Part shown: piece by piece, positions 14,211 to 30,340 of the stretch
Position numbering within the stretch: position 1 is the first letter of the stretch
Layout of the letters: every line of letters begins with the position of its first letter
Source: Eledone cirrhosa
Taxonomy: Eukaryota
NCBI GenBank assembly: GCA_964016885.1
Contig: OZ024748.1
Location: 31,744,001-31,808,000 of the forward strand
Direction: 5' to 3'
Length of the DNA stretch: 64,000 bases
Notes under the pieces: generated by a model
The model's input: only the letters and a program-made list of their open reading frames with translations
What the model was told of the DNA's origin: nothing
The model's database searches: none
Translations under genes and position numbers: made by a program

Positions 14211-15387
14211 AGTATTCTATAAGTCTCTAGCTGTGTCATTCTCGATAAAAGCACTGGATATCTAGTCCTGATGATTTCTAACAAGAATGAAACGCGTAGA
14301 TTACTTCCCTTGCTTTTATCGAGAATATAATTGTAATACGTGACGTATTCTATTCTATAGCGATTAGGTCTTCAAAATGTTTATTATAAACATACAGAAT
14401 ATTTTCGAATATTCTATGTCTATATTCACATATATATCGCTATTTCAGAGCATTTATTCCAATTTCTAATTTCTGCCGGACCGGCAACCGCTCTTTCAAA
14501 CCAGTTCCTGTACATAGCTAAGTATTCTATAAGTCTCTAGCTGTGTCATTCTCGATAAAAGCACTGGATATGTAGTCCTGATGATTTCTAACAAGAATGA
14601 AACGCGTAGATTACTTCCCTTGCTTTTATCGAGAATATAATTGTAATACGTGACGTATTCTATTCTATAGCGATTAGGTCTTCAAAATGTTTATTATAAA
14701 CATACAGAATATTTTCGAATATTCTATGTCTATATTCACATATATATCGCTATTTCAGAGCATTTATTCCAATTTCTAATTTCTGCCGGACCGGCAACCG
14801 CTCTTTCAAACCAGTTCCTGTACATAGCTAAGTATTCTATAAGTCTCTAGCTGTGTCATTCTCGATAAAAGCACTGGATATGTAGTCCTGATGATTTCTA
14901 ACAAGAATGAAACGCGTAGATTACTTCCCTTGCTTTTATCGAGAATATAATTGTAATACGTGACGTATTCTATTCTATAGCGATTAGGTCTTCAAAATGT
15001 TTATTATAAACATACAGAATATTTTCGAATATTCTATGTCTATATTCACATATATATCGCTATTTCAGAGCATTTATTCCAATTTCTAATTTCTGCCGGA
15101 CCGGCAACCGCTCTTTCAAACCAGTTCCTGTACATAGCTAAGTATTCTATAAGTCTCTAGCTGTGTCATTCTCGATAAAAGCACTGGATATGTAGTCCTG
15201 ATGATTTCTAACAAGAATGAAACGCGTAGATTACTTCCCTTGCTTTTATCGAGAATATAATTGTAATACGTGACGTATTCTATTCTATAGCGATTAGGTC
15301 TTCAAAATGTTTATTATAAACATACAGAATATTTTCGAATATTCTATGTCTATATTCACATATATATCGCTATTTCAGAGCATTTAT

Positions 15388-15393
<6 letters not shown>
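14206..15393 (+). mobile_element. Retrozyme-like tandem array, 3.8 x 310-bp units, one HHR per unit
   Basis: agtattctat recurs at 14211, 14521, 14831 and 15141. Each unit has gtagtc-CTGATGA-tttct-aaca-agaat-GAAAC-gc-GTA-gattac (cores at 14268, 14578, 14888, 15198). Confidence 0.9.
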
Positions 15394-15425
<32 letters not shown>

Positions 15426-15448
15426 TGTATATATATATATATATATAT

Positions 15449-15498
<50 letters not shown>

Positions 15499-15671
15499 AT
15501 ATTATGAAGAGAGAAGAAACATTTAGATATAATTAGTAATAAGGTGTATCATACCTAAACTGCTTCTTGATTCCTCGACTACGTTATATTATATATATAT
15601 ATATATTGTGTATATATACATTGTATATATATATATATAGAGAGAGAGATATATTGTATATATATATATAT

Positions 15672-16396
<725 letters not shown>

Positions 16397-16397
16397 T

Positions 16398-16492
16398 TGG
16401 TCTGTTGGAGATGCAGGATATGGCAGCGATAATGAGGGACAGAGACCGCTGGAGAGAACTCGTCCATGGATCTCGGGAATTTTACCCGCCTT

Positions 16493-16495
<3 letters not shown>
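16398..16495 (+). mobile_element. RTE-clade LINE 3' fragment
   Basis: Identical to ~56777-56874 ([22 protein letters not shown]...). Confidence 0.8.
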
Positions 16496-16576
<81 letters not shown>

Positions 16577-16580
<4 letters not shown>

Positions 16581-16739
16581 ATAATAATAATAAAATCGAA
16601 GACTAAAAACCAAAGAGGGCTCAATAAGGAAAATATATATCAAATATATAAGAACCGTAGAGCAAATATTTGTTAAAACATAAGATTAAAGTTTAAGCAA
16701 AGAATCGCTGCTTTCACCCTTAACAGGATCTTCTGAAAC
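16577..16739 (-). mobile_element. 3' end of the CAGAAGA-HHR family, truncated just 5' of the ribozyme core
   Basis: Reverse complement of ~40588-40745. Confidence 0.85.
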
Positions 16740-16773
16740 AATATATACATTATATATATATATATATATATAT

Positions 16774-16968
16774 AGTTTTAATATAGAAGAGATTCTACAG
16801 GACTAGAACTGTTTCATTCATTAGAAATGATCAGGAGTCCTGATGATTTCTAATGAATGAAACAGTTCTAGTCCTGTAGAATCTCTTCTATATTAAAACT
16901 GTTATACTCTGCTATGTATTGAGTACCTTACTTACTGTGGTTACCTCCGATTCAACCCGGAATAACGT
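16774..16968. mobile_element. 127-bp near-perfect palindrome (centre 16837) of two head-to-head HHR copies, plus tail
   Basis: Plus strand CTGATGA(16840)-tttc-taat-gaat-GAAAC(16859). The minus copy retains stem I caggact/agtcctg but has a CTGATCA core. Confidence 0.8.
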
Positions 16969-16986
16969 ATATATATATATATATAT

Positions 16987-17135
<149 letters not shown>

Positions 17136-17145
17136 ATATATATAT

Positions 17146-17193
<48 letters not shown>

Positions 17194-17197
<4 letters not shown>

Positions 17198-17812
17198 ATA
17201 TTATGAAGAGAGAAGAAACATTTAGATATAATTAGTAATAAGATGTATCATACCTAAACTTCTGCTAGATTCCTCGACTACGTAGTTTCGTGGCATAATC
17301 AAAAACAATACATCATAGAGATATAGAGCTTTTGTGAGGTCTGCCGACTTATCAAGTGGATACCTCATTTTACTAGCCTCAAGAACACGTCTATAAGATG
17401 TGAGATAGAATCCCAAAAGGCGGAGGGGGAGTCAGTCACGTGATACAACGGTCAAGAAACAGTGCTAAGCCCCTTATAACCCTGAAAAATACCACGGAGG
17501 CGGAGCGGGTATTTATATCGAGGCCGTAGAAGAGGTGGTTAAGGAGGCGAGAAGTATGAGTAATGGCAGCTTTCCAGCACTCACTACACTTCAAAGATTA
17601 CTCGACCAGAGGGAGTTATAAACAATATATCGAGAAACACACAAATACATGCGGACACATACATATACATGAATATATCCACATCCATCCTTGAGTTAAT
17701 GGTGCCAACCTTAACCGATGTTGCTCTATGAATAACTGGGACAAACCAATCCGAATGGATTAGACTGAACCAGTATCAGAGCTCAAAGTACATTATGAAG
17801 TACATATATTGT
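17194..17812 (-). mobile_element. ~600-nt non-coding HHR element (HHR 17272-17359)
   Basis: Reverse complement TTGATAA-gtcggca...tgccac-GAAAC-tacgta-GTC-gagg. attatgaag is present at both ends. Confidence 0.85.
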
Positions 17813-17865
17813 ATATATATATATTGTATATATATATATTGTATATATATATATATTGTATATAT

Positions 17866-17916
<51 letters not shown>

Positions 17917-17965
17917 TATATATATATATTGTATATATATATATATATATATTGTATATATATAT

Positions 17966-18003
<38 letters not shown>

Positions 18004-18073
18004 ATATATATATATATATTGTATATATATTGTATATATATTGTATATATATATATATTGTATATATATATAT

Positions 18074-18127
<54 letters not shown>

Positions 18128-18173
18128 ATATATATCGTATATATATATATATTGTATATATGTATATATATAT

Positions 18174-18211
<38 letters not shown>

Positions 18212-18798
18212 GTATACATATATATATATATATATTGTATATATATATATATATATTGTTTATACATATATATATATATATATTGGATATATATATATAT
18301 ATTTTCTATGTATATATATATATTGTATATATATATACATATATATATATATTTTGTGTATATATATATATATATATATTGTATATATATATATATTGTA
18401 TATGTATATATATATATTGTATATATATATATATATTGTGTGTATATATATATATAAATATATTGTATATATATTTATATTGTATATATATATATATATA
18501 TATTGTATATATATATATATATATTGTATATATATATATATTGTATATATATATTGTATATATACATGTATTGTATATATATATTGAATATATACATATA
18601 TTGTATATATACATATATTTTGTATATATATATATTTATATATATTTTATATATTGTATATATATATTTATATATATTTTATATATATATATATATATTG
18701 TATATATGTATATATATATATTGTATATATATATATATTGTATATATATATTGTATATATATATATATTGTATATATATATTGTGTATATATATATAT

Positions 18799-18838
<40 letters not shown>

Positions 18839-18931
18839 TATTTATATATATATACATATATAGCCTGTATATATATATTGTATATATATATTGTATATAT
18901 ATATATATATATATATACTGTATATATATAT

Positions 18932-18993
<62 letters not shown>

Positions 18994-19172
18994 ATATTAT
19001 GAAGAGAGAAGAAACATTTAGATATAATTAGTAATAAGGTGTATCATATCTAAACTGCTTCTAGATTCCTCGACTACGTTATATTATATATATATATAAA
19101 TTGTGTATATATACATTGTATATATATATATATAGAGAGATATATTGTATATATACATTGTGTATATATATG

Positions 19173-19248
<76 letters not shown>

Positions 19249-19307
19249 TATATATATAAAATATATATATATATATATATTGTATATATATATATATATA
19301 TATATAT

Positions 19308-19920
19308 TGTATATTATGAAGAGAGAAGAAACATTTAGATATAATTAGTAATAAGATGTATCATACCTAAACTGCTTCTAGATTCCTCGACTACGTAGTT
19401 TCGTGGTATAATCAAAAACAATACATCATAAAGATATAGAGCTTTTGTGAGGTCTGCCGACTTATCAAGAGGATACCTCATTTTACTAGCCTCAAGAACA
19501 CGTCTATAAGATGTGCGATAGAATCCCAAAAGGGGGAGGGGGAGTCAGTCACGTGATACAACGGTCAAGAAACAGAGCTAAGCCCCTTATAACCCTGAAA
19601 AAATACCACGGAGGCGGAGGGAGTATTTATATCGAGGCCGTAGAAGAGGTGGTTAAGAAGGCGAGAAGTATGAGTAATGGCAGCTTTCCAGCAGTCACTA
19701 CACTTCAAAGATTACTCGACCAGAGGGAGTTATATACAATATATTGAGAAACACACAGATACATGCGGACACACACATATACATGAATATATCCACATAC
19801 ATCCTTGAGTTAATGGTGCCAACCTTAACCGATGTTGCTCTATGAATAACTGGGACAAACCAATCTGAATGGATTAGACTGAACCAGTATCAGAGCTGAA
19901 AGTACATTATGAAGTACATA
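19308..19920 (-). mobile_element. Second ~600-nt HHR element copy (HHR 19385-19472)
   Basis: Near-identical to 17194-17812; stem I cctc/gagg intact. Confidence 0.85.
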
Positions 19921-19936
19921 TATTGTATATATATAT

Positions 19937-19967
<31 letters not shown>

Positions 19968-19980
19968 TGTATATATATAT

Positions 19981-20058
<78 letters not shown>

Positions 20059-20171
20059 ATATATATATATATATATATATTGTATATATATATATATTGT
20101 ATATATATATATATATATAATTTATATATATATCGTATATAAATATATATTGTATATATGTATATATATAT

Positions 20172-20220
<49 letters not shown>

Positions 20221-20221
20221 T

Positions 20222-20265
<44 letters not shown>

Positions 20266-20305
20266 TGGATATATATATATATATTGTGTATGTATATATA
20301 TATAT

Positions 20306-20401
<96 letters not shown>

Positions 20402-20617
20402 GTATGTATATATATATATATTGTATATATACATATATATATATATTGTATATATATATATATATTTATAAGGGTTAAAATACTGGAGCGTGTTGGAGTT
20501 AAACACCCTCTTCGTATTATAGAAATGACAGTAAAAGGTATAGCTCAATGTAATTAAACAGAGCCGAAGAATTATGAAAGTAAAACAAAGAAGCCTTCAA
20601 TACATCAAAAGTCTTTA

Positions 20618-20662
20618 TTAGCCAACAATGTTTCGTCCTATTAAGGACTCATCAGGGCAATT
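20618..20662 (-). ncRNA. Canonical minimal hammerhead ribozyme
   Basis: Reverse complement gcc-CTGATGA-gtcc-ttaata-ggac-GAAAC-att-GTT-ggc. Confidence 0.88.
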
Positions 20663-20849
20663 AAAACAACAAGAAGTATTATCCACCAATACAAGCCGGA
20701 AACTCCGAAAAATATGGAGTGTACATACAGTAAAGTATTGCAAGATTATGGGTAAAAATATATAATAAAAATATATAATAAAAATCACTAAGGAGGTGTA
20801 TAACATTTAGAACCATATTACAAATATAGTCCAAAGCAAAAAAAGAAGA

Positions 20850-22410
20850 AGCATAATAAGAAGAAGCTTTATAAGTTTTTTGAAAGCTATAACATTTCGA
20901 TCACGATAGATAGAAATGATAGAGTGGTTAACTTTCTAGATGTGACTTTGGTCTTGGTCACTAATAGTTTTAAACCCTTCCATAAGCCTAATGAAATACC
21001 TTCTTATGTTAGTCCCAATTCTAACCACCCCAAATCTATGATAAGCTCTATAATTAAGGGTGTATCTAATAGGATTTCCACAATCTCTAAGGACGTAGGA
21101 ACATTTAATGAACATGCGGAGTACTATAATAATGCCCTTGCAAATTCCGGTTACTCTAGTAAAATACATTATAATAATAGTAACCTTAGAAAGTCTCCGC
21201 TTACTTTTAATAATAATAACATAATATCACATAACATGGCCATGAATGGGAGTAGGAAGCATAATAACCGTAAAAATTACATAGGTGTATCTGAACCCAT
21301 CCATAAGTTAACCCACGGGACTCGTAATAGTGAATATAATACCTCTAGGAAACAAGTCGAACCCTCTGAGCGCTCACTCATTGGTGATAGTTTTGCTAGA
21401 TCTTATTCTAATAATGTTTCTTCTACTGATCCTATTATTGGCCCTAATCCCTTTGATGGGATTCCAGACAGCAGCAGATCTACTGGAGGTAGAAACGGTA
21501 ATAGACTTAATGGAATTTTGGCTGATTCTAATAATGCGGTTTTAACTAATCCTTGTAGTATCCCTAGTCTTGATGGTGGGATATTAGATAATGGTAGAGT
21601 CGGTAAGAATAAAAATAGAAGGAGATTAAATACTTATTTTAACCCGCCATATAATCAGGAAGTATTAACTAATATCCCTAGGTCTTTCTTTTCTATCTTA
21701 GAGAAAAATTTCCCCCCTTCTCATAAATACCATAGTATTTTAATAAAAATGTTATTAAACTTTCATTCTCTACCACCTCTAATATTAGTTCTCATTTAGC
21801 TAGCACTAACAATAGGAAAATTAGGGATGGATCCTCCTCTCTACATACTACTAGTCTGAACAGATCTGGAAATGCATTACCACCAGAACAGACCTTATCT
21901 AATAGCAATCCTACGTGTAATGCATCACCACTTGAGCCAACCAATAACACCCGGAAGTGTAACTGTAGAGTGAGTGCTAACTTCCCTTTAAACGGTAACT
22001 GTCTCTCTAAGAACATTGTCTATGCTTGCGTAGTTATAACTAATTCCTCTAATAGAACTTATATAGGCTCTACATCTAACACTTTTAAGACTAGGTTTAA
22101 CTCTCATATCTCTAATTTCAAACATGTTAAGTTTAAGAATTCTACTTCTTTAGCACATTATATCTGGGATCTTAAGGGGGCTAATATACCATATAGCCTT
22201 AACTGGCGTTTAGTAGCACGCTCTAATAACCTTTCTACACATACTAAATTTTGTAATCTCTGTATCCTTGAGACACACTCTATAATTTTCTCTAGCGAAT
22301 CCTTACTTAATAGAAAGTCTGAGATATTCTCTTCTTGCCTCCACGCTATTTCTAATTCTTACTTTTATTATAAACCTAAAGGTTCTAGTAGTACAAATTG
22401 TATCCATTAG
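20850..22410 (+). pseudogene. PLE RT C-terminus/thumb, expanded linker and GIY-YIG EN (frameshift near 21745)
   Basis: VNFLDVTL, FKPFHKPN..YV...SNHP, YFNPPYN, KCNCR, IVYAC...YIGST..FKTRF..H, LNW, CNLC. Confidence 0.9.
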
Positions 22411-24151
22411 CTGATATATTCCATTACTTATTTTTTGGTTTAGGTTCTTTTGTTTACCACCATTATTATCATCATTATTATCATTGGTTTTTGACAACTC
22501 TTTATTCTAGCTCTCATAATCTTTTGGCTACTATACCATATCTATCTTCTTACGCATTAAATTTTCACTATTAACACCTTATGAGTATATATCTGATTAT
22601 ATATTTTACATTATTTTATTTTATTTCATTTATTTTATTTCATTTTTTTTATTTTATTTTTATTTTATTTGGATTCTTCTTTGGATACCCCCCCCCACTT
22701 CCCCCCTCCCCCATGCGCACATAAACTTATTGTCAACCCCTCCAAATAGATTATGATTATATTTAATCCCCCCCTCTTTTACGCTCCTTTCTATTATTTA
22801 ATATAGTATATTGACTATGATTTTATGCCCCTTTGTATCCTCCATATATTTCTTAATTTCTGTCCCTATTAGCCTACCATAATTCTGCTTAAGTCAGTTT
22901 TTTTAGATATCGTTATGTATATGATAGTAGAAAATTTCATTCCTTTTTGTAAATATTTGTAACGAAATATTAACGTTTATAAACTTTGATTACTTAAACC
23001 ATAGCTAATATTGTATTGCCTTATTGGATATTTTAAATATTTTTAATATTAATTTATCAAATAGGGTTTTCGAGTCATTTACCGGGGTTATTTCCTAAGT
23101 TTTTACTTAACTGCATGTGAGACCTAAATGTATACTTTTGTTTTTGTTTTTTAATTTCCGGTTGATTCTATTTATTTATTTTATTTTATATTTTATTTGT
23201 AATACTACTGTACATTATATTTACTGTCTGGCCCTTACTCACTCATCCACATATATGTCTGTTTACCAACCTTGTAATTATAAGTAATTATATATTATAT
23301 TATGTTAATTATTTTATATTATATTGTATTTGTTATTGTAATATCGATCCTTATTACTTACCGTTGATTATATGTAACATTGTGATATGTTAAACTTTAT
23401 ATACAATGTAAGATGTTTATATTTTTGTACCATCATAATTTTGGGTATTGTACAATTTATTTTTCCTCACCTATTCTGTAACTCTATATGAATTGATTTG
23501 TTAACTTGAATGCCATTATATATTGTATATTATATATGTTATTATAGTATTATTGTGACATCTATATTGTGTGTGTAAATTAACCGGAGATTATCTATTC
23601 TATTATATTATATTATATAGTATATAATTGTATAGTTTATTATATATTATATGTGCTACTTATAATAATATCATATTATTACCTCATGTATATTGGGTAT
23701 ATGTATTATTATTATTTTTTTTTTTATTCCTATCATGCTTATTTATATTTAAACTCTTAATAAGGTTTAATTTGTGCTGTTGAAGATGGATAAGTGTATT
23801 GATATATGTGTATGTGTCCGTACGTGTGCGTACATATATACATATGTATATTGTACCTTTTGATTTTTATTGTAATTTTAATATTGGTAAAGGTATATTA
23901 TATTATATTATATTGTATTATATATAATTCCTGCTCTATATAACCACCTTTGTTTAGCTCTAGGGTTATTTTTGCTTTGGACTATATTTGTAATATGGTT
24001 CTAAATGTTATACACCTCCTTAGTGATTTTTATTATATATTTTTATTATATTATATATTTTTACCCATAATCTTGCAATACTTTAGTGTATGTACACTCC
24101 ATATTCTTCGGAGTTTCCGGCTTGTATTGGCCGATAATACTTCTTGTTGTT

Positions 24152-24198
24152 TAATTGCCCTGATGAGTCCTTAATAGGACGAAACATTGTTGGCTAAT
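24152..24198 (+). ncRNA. Canonical minimal hammerhead ribozyme
   Basis: gcc-CTGATGA(24160)-gtcc-ttaata-ggac-GAAAC-att-GTT-ggc. Confidence 0.9.
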
Positions 24199-24499
24199 AA
24201 AGACTTTTGATGTATTGAAGGCTTCTTTGTTTTACTTTCATAATATATATATATATATATATATTGTGTGTATATATATATATATGTTGTATATATATAT
24301 ATATATATATATATATTGTATATATATATATATATTGTATATATATATTTATATATATATATGGTATATATATATATTGTATTTATATATTGTATATATA
24401 TATATTGTATATATATATATATTTTATATATATGGTATATATATTGTATATATATATATATATATTGTATATATATATATATATTGTATATATATATAT

Positions 24500-24539
<40 letters not shown>

Positions 24540-24704
24540 TTGTATATATATATATTGTATATATATATTTTATATATATATTGTATATATATATTGTATA
24601 TATATAGTATATATATATATATTGTATATATATATATTGTATATATATATATTGTATATATATATATTGTATATATTGTATATATATATATTGTATATAT
24701 ATAT

Positions 24705-24735
<31 letters not shown>

Positions 24736-24920
24736 TGTATATATATATTGTATACATGTATATATATATATTGTATATATATATATTGTATATATATATA
24801 TTGTATATATTGTATATATATATATTGTATATATATACATATATATATATATTGTATATATATATTGTATACATGTATATATATATATTGTATATATATA
24901 TATATTGTATATATATATAT

Positions 24921-24956
<36 letters not shown>

Positions 24957-25276
24957 ATATATATATTGTATACATGTATATATATATATTGTATATATAT
25001 ATATTGTATATATATATATTGTATATATTGTATATATATATATTGTATATATATACATATATATATATATTGTATATATATATTGTATACATGTATATAT
25101 ATATATTGTATATATATATATATTGTATATATATATATATTGTATATATATATTGTATATATATATAGTATATATATATATATATTGTATATATATATAT
25201 ATAGTATATATATATATATATATTGTATATATTGTATATATATATTATATATATATATATTTTATATATTGTATAA

Positions 25277-25354
<78 letters not shown>

Positions 25355-25682
25355 ATATATATTGTATATATATATATATTGTATATATATATATACTGTA
25401 TATATATATATATATATTGTATATATATATATATTGTATATATATATATACTGTATATATATATATACTGTATATATATATACTGTATATATATATATTG
25501 TATATATATATATTGTATATATATATATATTGTATATATATATATATATATTGCATATATATATATTGTATATATATATATATTGTATATATATTGTATA
25601 TATATATATATATTGTGTATATATATATATTGTGTATATATATATATTGTATATATATATATATATTGTATATATATATATA

Positions 25683-25840
25683 TACAATACAGCTAAACTC
25701 TGACTGGTAACCATCTCACTCAACAAACATTAGGTTATATTGAAATAAAAACCCAATTTAAGTGTTTGGGGTGCTAACAATATGTATAATGTGGAAAAAT
25801 CAGTTGTATTATTTAATGAGATATTTATATTTATGATATA
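25683..25840. repeat. Unclassified ~150-bp dispersed repeat (second copy ~30453-30600)
   Basis: agctaaactctgactggtaacc...gagatatttatatttatgat occurs twice with similar downstream TA pattern. Confidence 0.85.
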
Positions 25841-26100
25841 TTATATATATATATATATATATTGTATATTGTATATACATATTATATAAATATATATATA
25901 TATATATGGTATATATATATTTATATATATATATATATATTGTATATATATGTTTATATATATATATGGTATATATATATATTGTATTTATATATTGTAT
26001 ATATATATATTGTATATATATATATTGTATATATATATATATTTTATATATATGGTATATTTTGTATATATATATATATATATATTGTATATATATATAT

Positions 26101-26148
<48 letters not shown>

Positions 26149-26297
26149 TTGTATATATATATTGTATATATATATATTTTATATATATATTGTATATATA
26201 TATTGTATATATATAGTATATATATATATATTGTATATATGTATATTGTATATATATATATTGTATATATATTGTATATATTGTATATATATATATC

Positions 26298-26362
<65 letters not shown>

Positions 26363-26590
26363 ATATATATATTGTATATATGTATATATATATATTGTAT
26401 ATATATATATATTGTATATATATATTGTATATATATATATATTGTATATATATATTGTATATATATATAGTATATATATATATTGTATATATATATATAA
26501 ATAGTATATATATATATATATTGTATAAATTGTATATATATATATATTATATATATATATATTTTATATATTGTATATATATATATATTG

Positions 26591-26638
<48 letters not shown>

Positions 26639-27176
26639 ATATATATATATATTGTATAAATATATATATACTGTATATATATATATATATATTGTATATA
26701 TATATATATTGTATATATATATATACTGTATATATATATATTGTATATATATATATATTGTATATATATATATATTGTATATATATATATATATATATTG
26801 TATATATATATATTTTGTATATATATATATATTGTATATATATATATTGTATATATATATATATTGCGTATATATATATATTGTATATATATATATATAT
26901 ATTGTATATATATATATTGTATATATATATATATTGTATATATATATTGTATATATATATATTGTATATATATATATTGTATATATATATATTGTATATA
27001 TATATATATATTGTGTATATATATATATATATTGTATTATATATATATATTGTATATATATATATATATTGTATTTATATATATATATTGTATATATATA
27101 TATATATTGTATTTATATATATATATTGTATATATATTGTATTTATATATATATATTGTATATATATATATATATA

Positions 27177-27213
<37 letters not shown>

Positions 27214-27298
27214 ATATATGTATATATATTGTATATATATATATTGTATATATATATATATATATTGGATATATATATATATAGTGTATATATATATC

Positions 27299-27359
<61 letters not shown>

Positions 27360-27481
27360 ATATATATATATATTGTATACATATATATATATTGTATATG
27401 TATATTTATATATATTGTATATATATATATTGTATATATATATATATTGTATATATATATATAGTATATATATATATATAT

Positions 27482-27514
<33 letters not shown>

Positions 27515-27763
27515 TATATATGTATATATATATATAGTATATATATATATATTGTATATATATTGTATATTGTATATACATATTATATAAATATATATAT
27601 ATATATATTGTATATATATATTTATATATATATAAATATATATTGTATATATATATTTATATATATATTTGGTATATATATATATATATAGTGTATATAT
27701 ATATTGTATATATATATATATTTTATATATATGGTATATATATTGTATATATATATATATATA

Positions 27764-27832
<69 letters not shown>

Positions 27833-27929
27833 ATATATATATATATTGTATATATTGTATATATATATATTGTATATATAAATTAGGAAAGAAGGTTTAC
27901 ATGGTTTGCTATACAAAAAAGTTTTTAAT

Positions 27930-28046
27930 CACATAGCTTACATTTGTTTCACTGAACTGGTATGTCTAGAGATCGCTATTCGCTTAATTTTGCGTTACTC
28001 GATCGCCAATACAGAATTATAACCAGTCAGATCTTCGGAGCATGCG
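27930..28046 (-). ncRNA. Hammerhead-like motif, CCGAAGA (U4C) core, long stem II
   Basis: Reverse complement cgcatgct-CCGAAGA-tctgactggt...accagttcagt-GAAAC-aaat-GTA-agctatgtg. Confidence 0.65.
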
Positions 28047-28417
28047 AGAATGAAGAAAATACACAGGCTAGAAAAGAAAAGAAAATACAGGCTACTATAT
28101 GAAGTAGTAATGGCATTCAATTAGAACAATAACAACAATTACAACAATGCTATCAATAAATTATTTAAGGAGACCCTGACATTACTTAGGTGGGGGGTAT
28201 ATAATGTATCTAATGTTACGGCGTGTAAAACTAGCTGTCATAAGGCAAAATGAAGCGTTGGCATGTACAAAGTATCGTAGTGTATATCAATTTTAAATTA
28301 TAAAGATAAGCTAGTTTTTACAGTCTTTCTCTTCATCTTCAACAGTATACATGAGTGGGACCACTGTCAAAGCTAAATAGTTGTAGAGCATATATTTACG
28401 CATACACACACACACAT

Positions 28418-28460
<43 letters not shown>

Positions 28461-28797
28461 GATATATATACACATATATACACATGCATGTGTACATAGA
28501 CACATACATACACATCAATATACACTCGTACAAAAATATACATACATGCAAAGAGAAAAGCGTGCTAATTGTAATTATGGCAAAAAGAAGGTAAAGTAAC
28601 ATTGTAGTAGTGAAATGAGAAAAACTAGGATTTAGGATCAAATGATGGCAGCAGCTGAGAAGGAGTAAGATTTTTGGTAGATGAGGTACTTACAGACAAT
28701 TGTGTGGTATAAACTTGTGAGGATATAGTATACTTAACGAATATATTTCTGTGGGTAGTAGGTATCCTAATTTAAAGCTATGTTATGTTGGTTCGAT

Positions 28798-29636
28798 TCA
28801 CGGAGGTTTGAATTTTATGAACTTAGTGGCTATTCTCTGTCTGCAGAAGATAGATCTTTCTAACTTATTGTTAAGTAGCCTTTTAACATTTCTAAGGATA
28901 TACAATAGCTCAAGATCACATAGCCCGCAATGGGACATCCCTGTACTATAGGTTTTAGCAGCCGACAACTTCGACAGTTGATACTGTAGTTAGTGTTGCT
29001 GTCCTTCAATCCCATATTTTTTGGCGAGGGTGGTGGAACCCATAAGTGCACGGTTTTTCATTGAGTGCCTGTGCACATACCATCTTTTCTTAAAAGAACC
29101 CGCGGTGGATCCTATGTAATTCCAGGTGGAGTTACCCGAGATGACACTGCACATGTACACCAGGCTCGAATCGAGACATCTGTTCGCCAATGGGCACCTA
29201 TCTGGGAGGTGACAGTTACAATTTGAGGCGCTATTTTGTGCAGCTTTTACATTCCTGTTTAGTACTCTGTTATAAGTGGGTTGTGATATATGCCCAATGG
29301 GGTTTTGCTGCTTCGCGTTTGTATGCGCTTGTGGTTGTGATGTTGTGATGAGTTTGTGCTTATGTATAGGTGCAATTGATTTACTAGAGATATTTCTGTG
29401 GTTGATCTTGCGTATGTGAGATTCTATGTTAGCTGCTGTTGAGAATGAGAGTTTTATAGTAGATCTATTGAGTATTTTGTGATATCTATGCGAGATAGGG
29501 AAGTGTTTATCTATTAGTTTAAAGAATGTAGAGGGCAGTCTAGTTTTTATAGAGGAGTTGAATATTGGGTTGAACCATAGGTATTTTCTTTGTCTGTTTC
29601 TTCTATTGTTTCTTGGGTTTACGTTATTAGTGTTTT
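28798..29636 (-). pseudogene. PLE linker + GIY-YIG EN, frameshifted
   Basis: RKYLWFNPIFN...HRYHKILNRSTIKLSFS...CNCHLPDRCPLANRCL..LVYMC...YIGSTAGSFKKRWYVH. Confidence 0.88.
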
Positions 29637-29923
29637 ATATATATATATTGTATATATATATTGTATACATGTATATATATATATATTGTATATATATATA
29701 TATATTGTATACATATATATATTGTATATATATATATATATTGTATACATATATATATTGTATATATTTATATATTGTATATATATATTGTATATATATA
29801 TATATAGTATATATATATATATTGTATATATATATATATAGTATATATATATATATTGTATATATTGTATATATATATATATTATATATGTATATTTTAT
29901 ATATTGTATATATATATATATTG

Positions 29924-29981
<58 letters not shown>

Positions 29982-30299
29982 ATATATATATATATTGTAT
30001 ATATATATATATTGTATTTATATATATATATTGTATATATATTGTATTTATATATATATATTGTATATATATATAATGTATATATATATATATATATTGT
30101 ATATATATATATATATATATTGTATATATATATATATATTGTATATATAAATATATATGTTGTATATATATATATAGTGTATATATATATATATTGTATA
30201 TATATATATATATATATATATTGTATATATATTGTATACATATATATATATTGTATATATATATTTATATATATAGTATATATATATATATATATATAT

Positions 30300-30340
<41 letters not shown>

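Larger units (their letters stand above)
20469..24243 (+). mobile_element. 5'-truncated Hydra-clade-like PLE with inverted terminal copy (20571-20842 / ~23968-24243)
   Basis: RT end, thumb and GIY-YIG ORFs, ~1.7-kb 3' UTR, and an HHR in both inverted ends. Confidence 0.9.
27881..29636 (-). mobile_element. 5'-truncated Hydra-clade-like PLE
   Basis: Linker+EN pseudogene, 3' UTR and HHR on the minus strand. Confidence 0.85.

Noticed and set aside
14206-15393. Tandem array as CRISPR or ordinary satellite
   Set aside because: No unique spacers and no cas genes. The per-unit HHR and inverted cap fit a retro-copied RNA better.
19511-19747. 78-aa ORF (and 38636-38923) as proteins
   Set aside because: No recognisable motif, and the frame is not preserved in the sister copies (indels).
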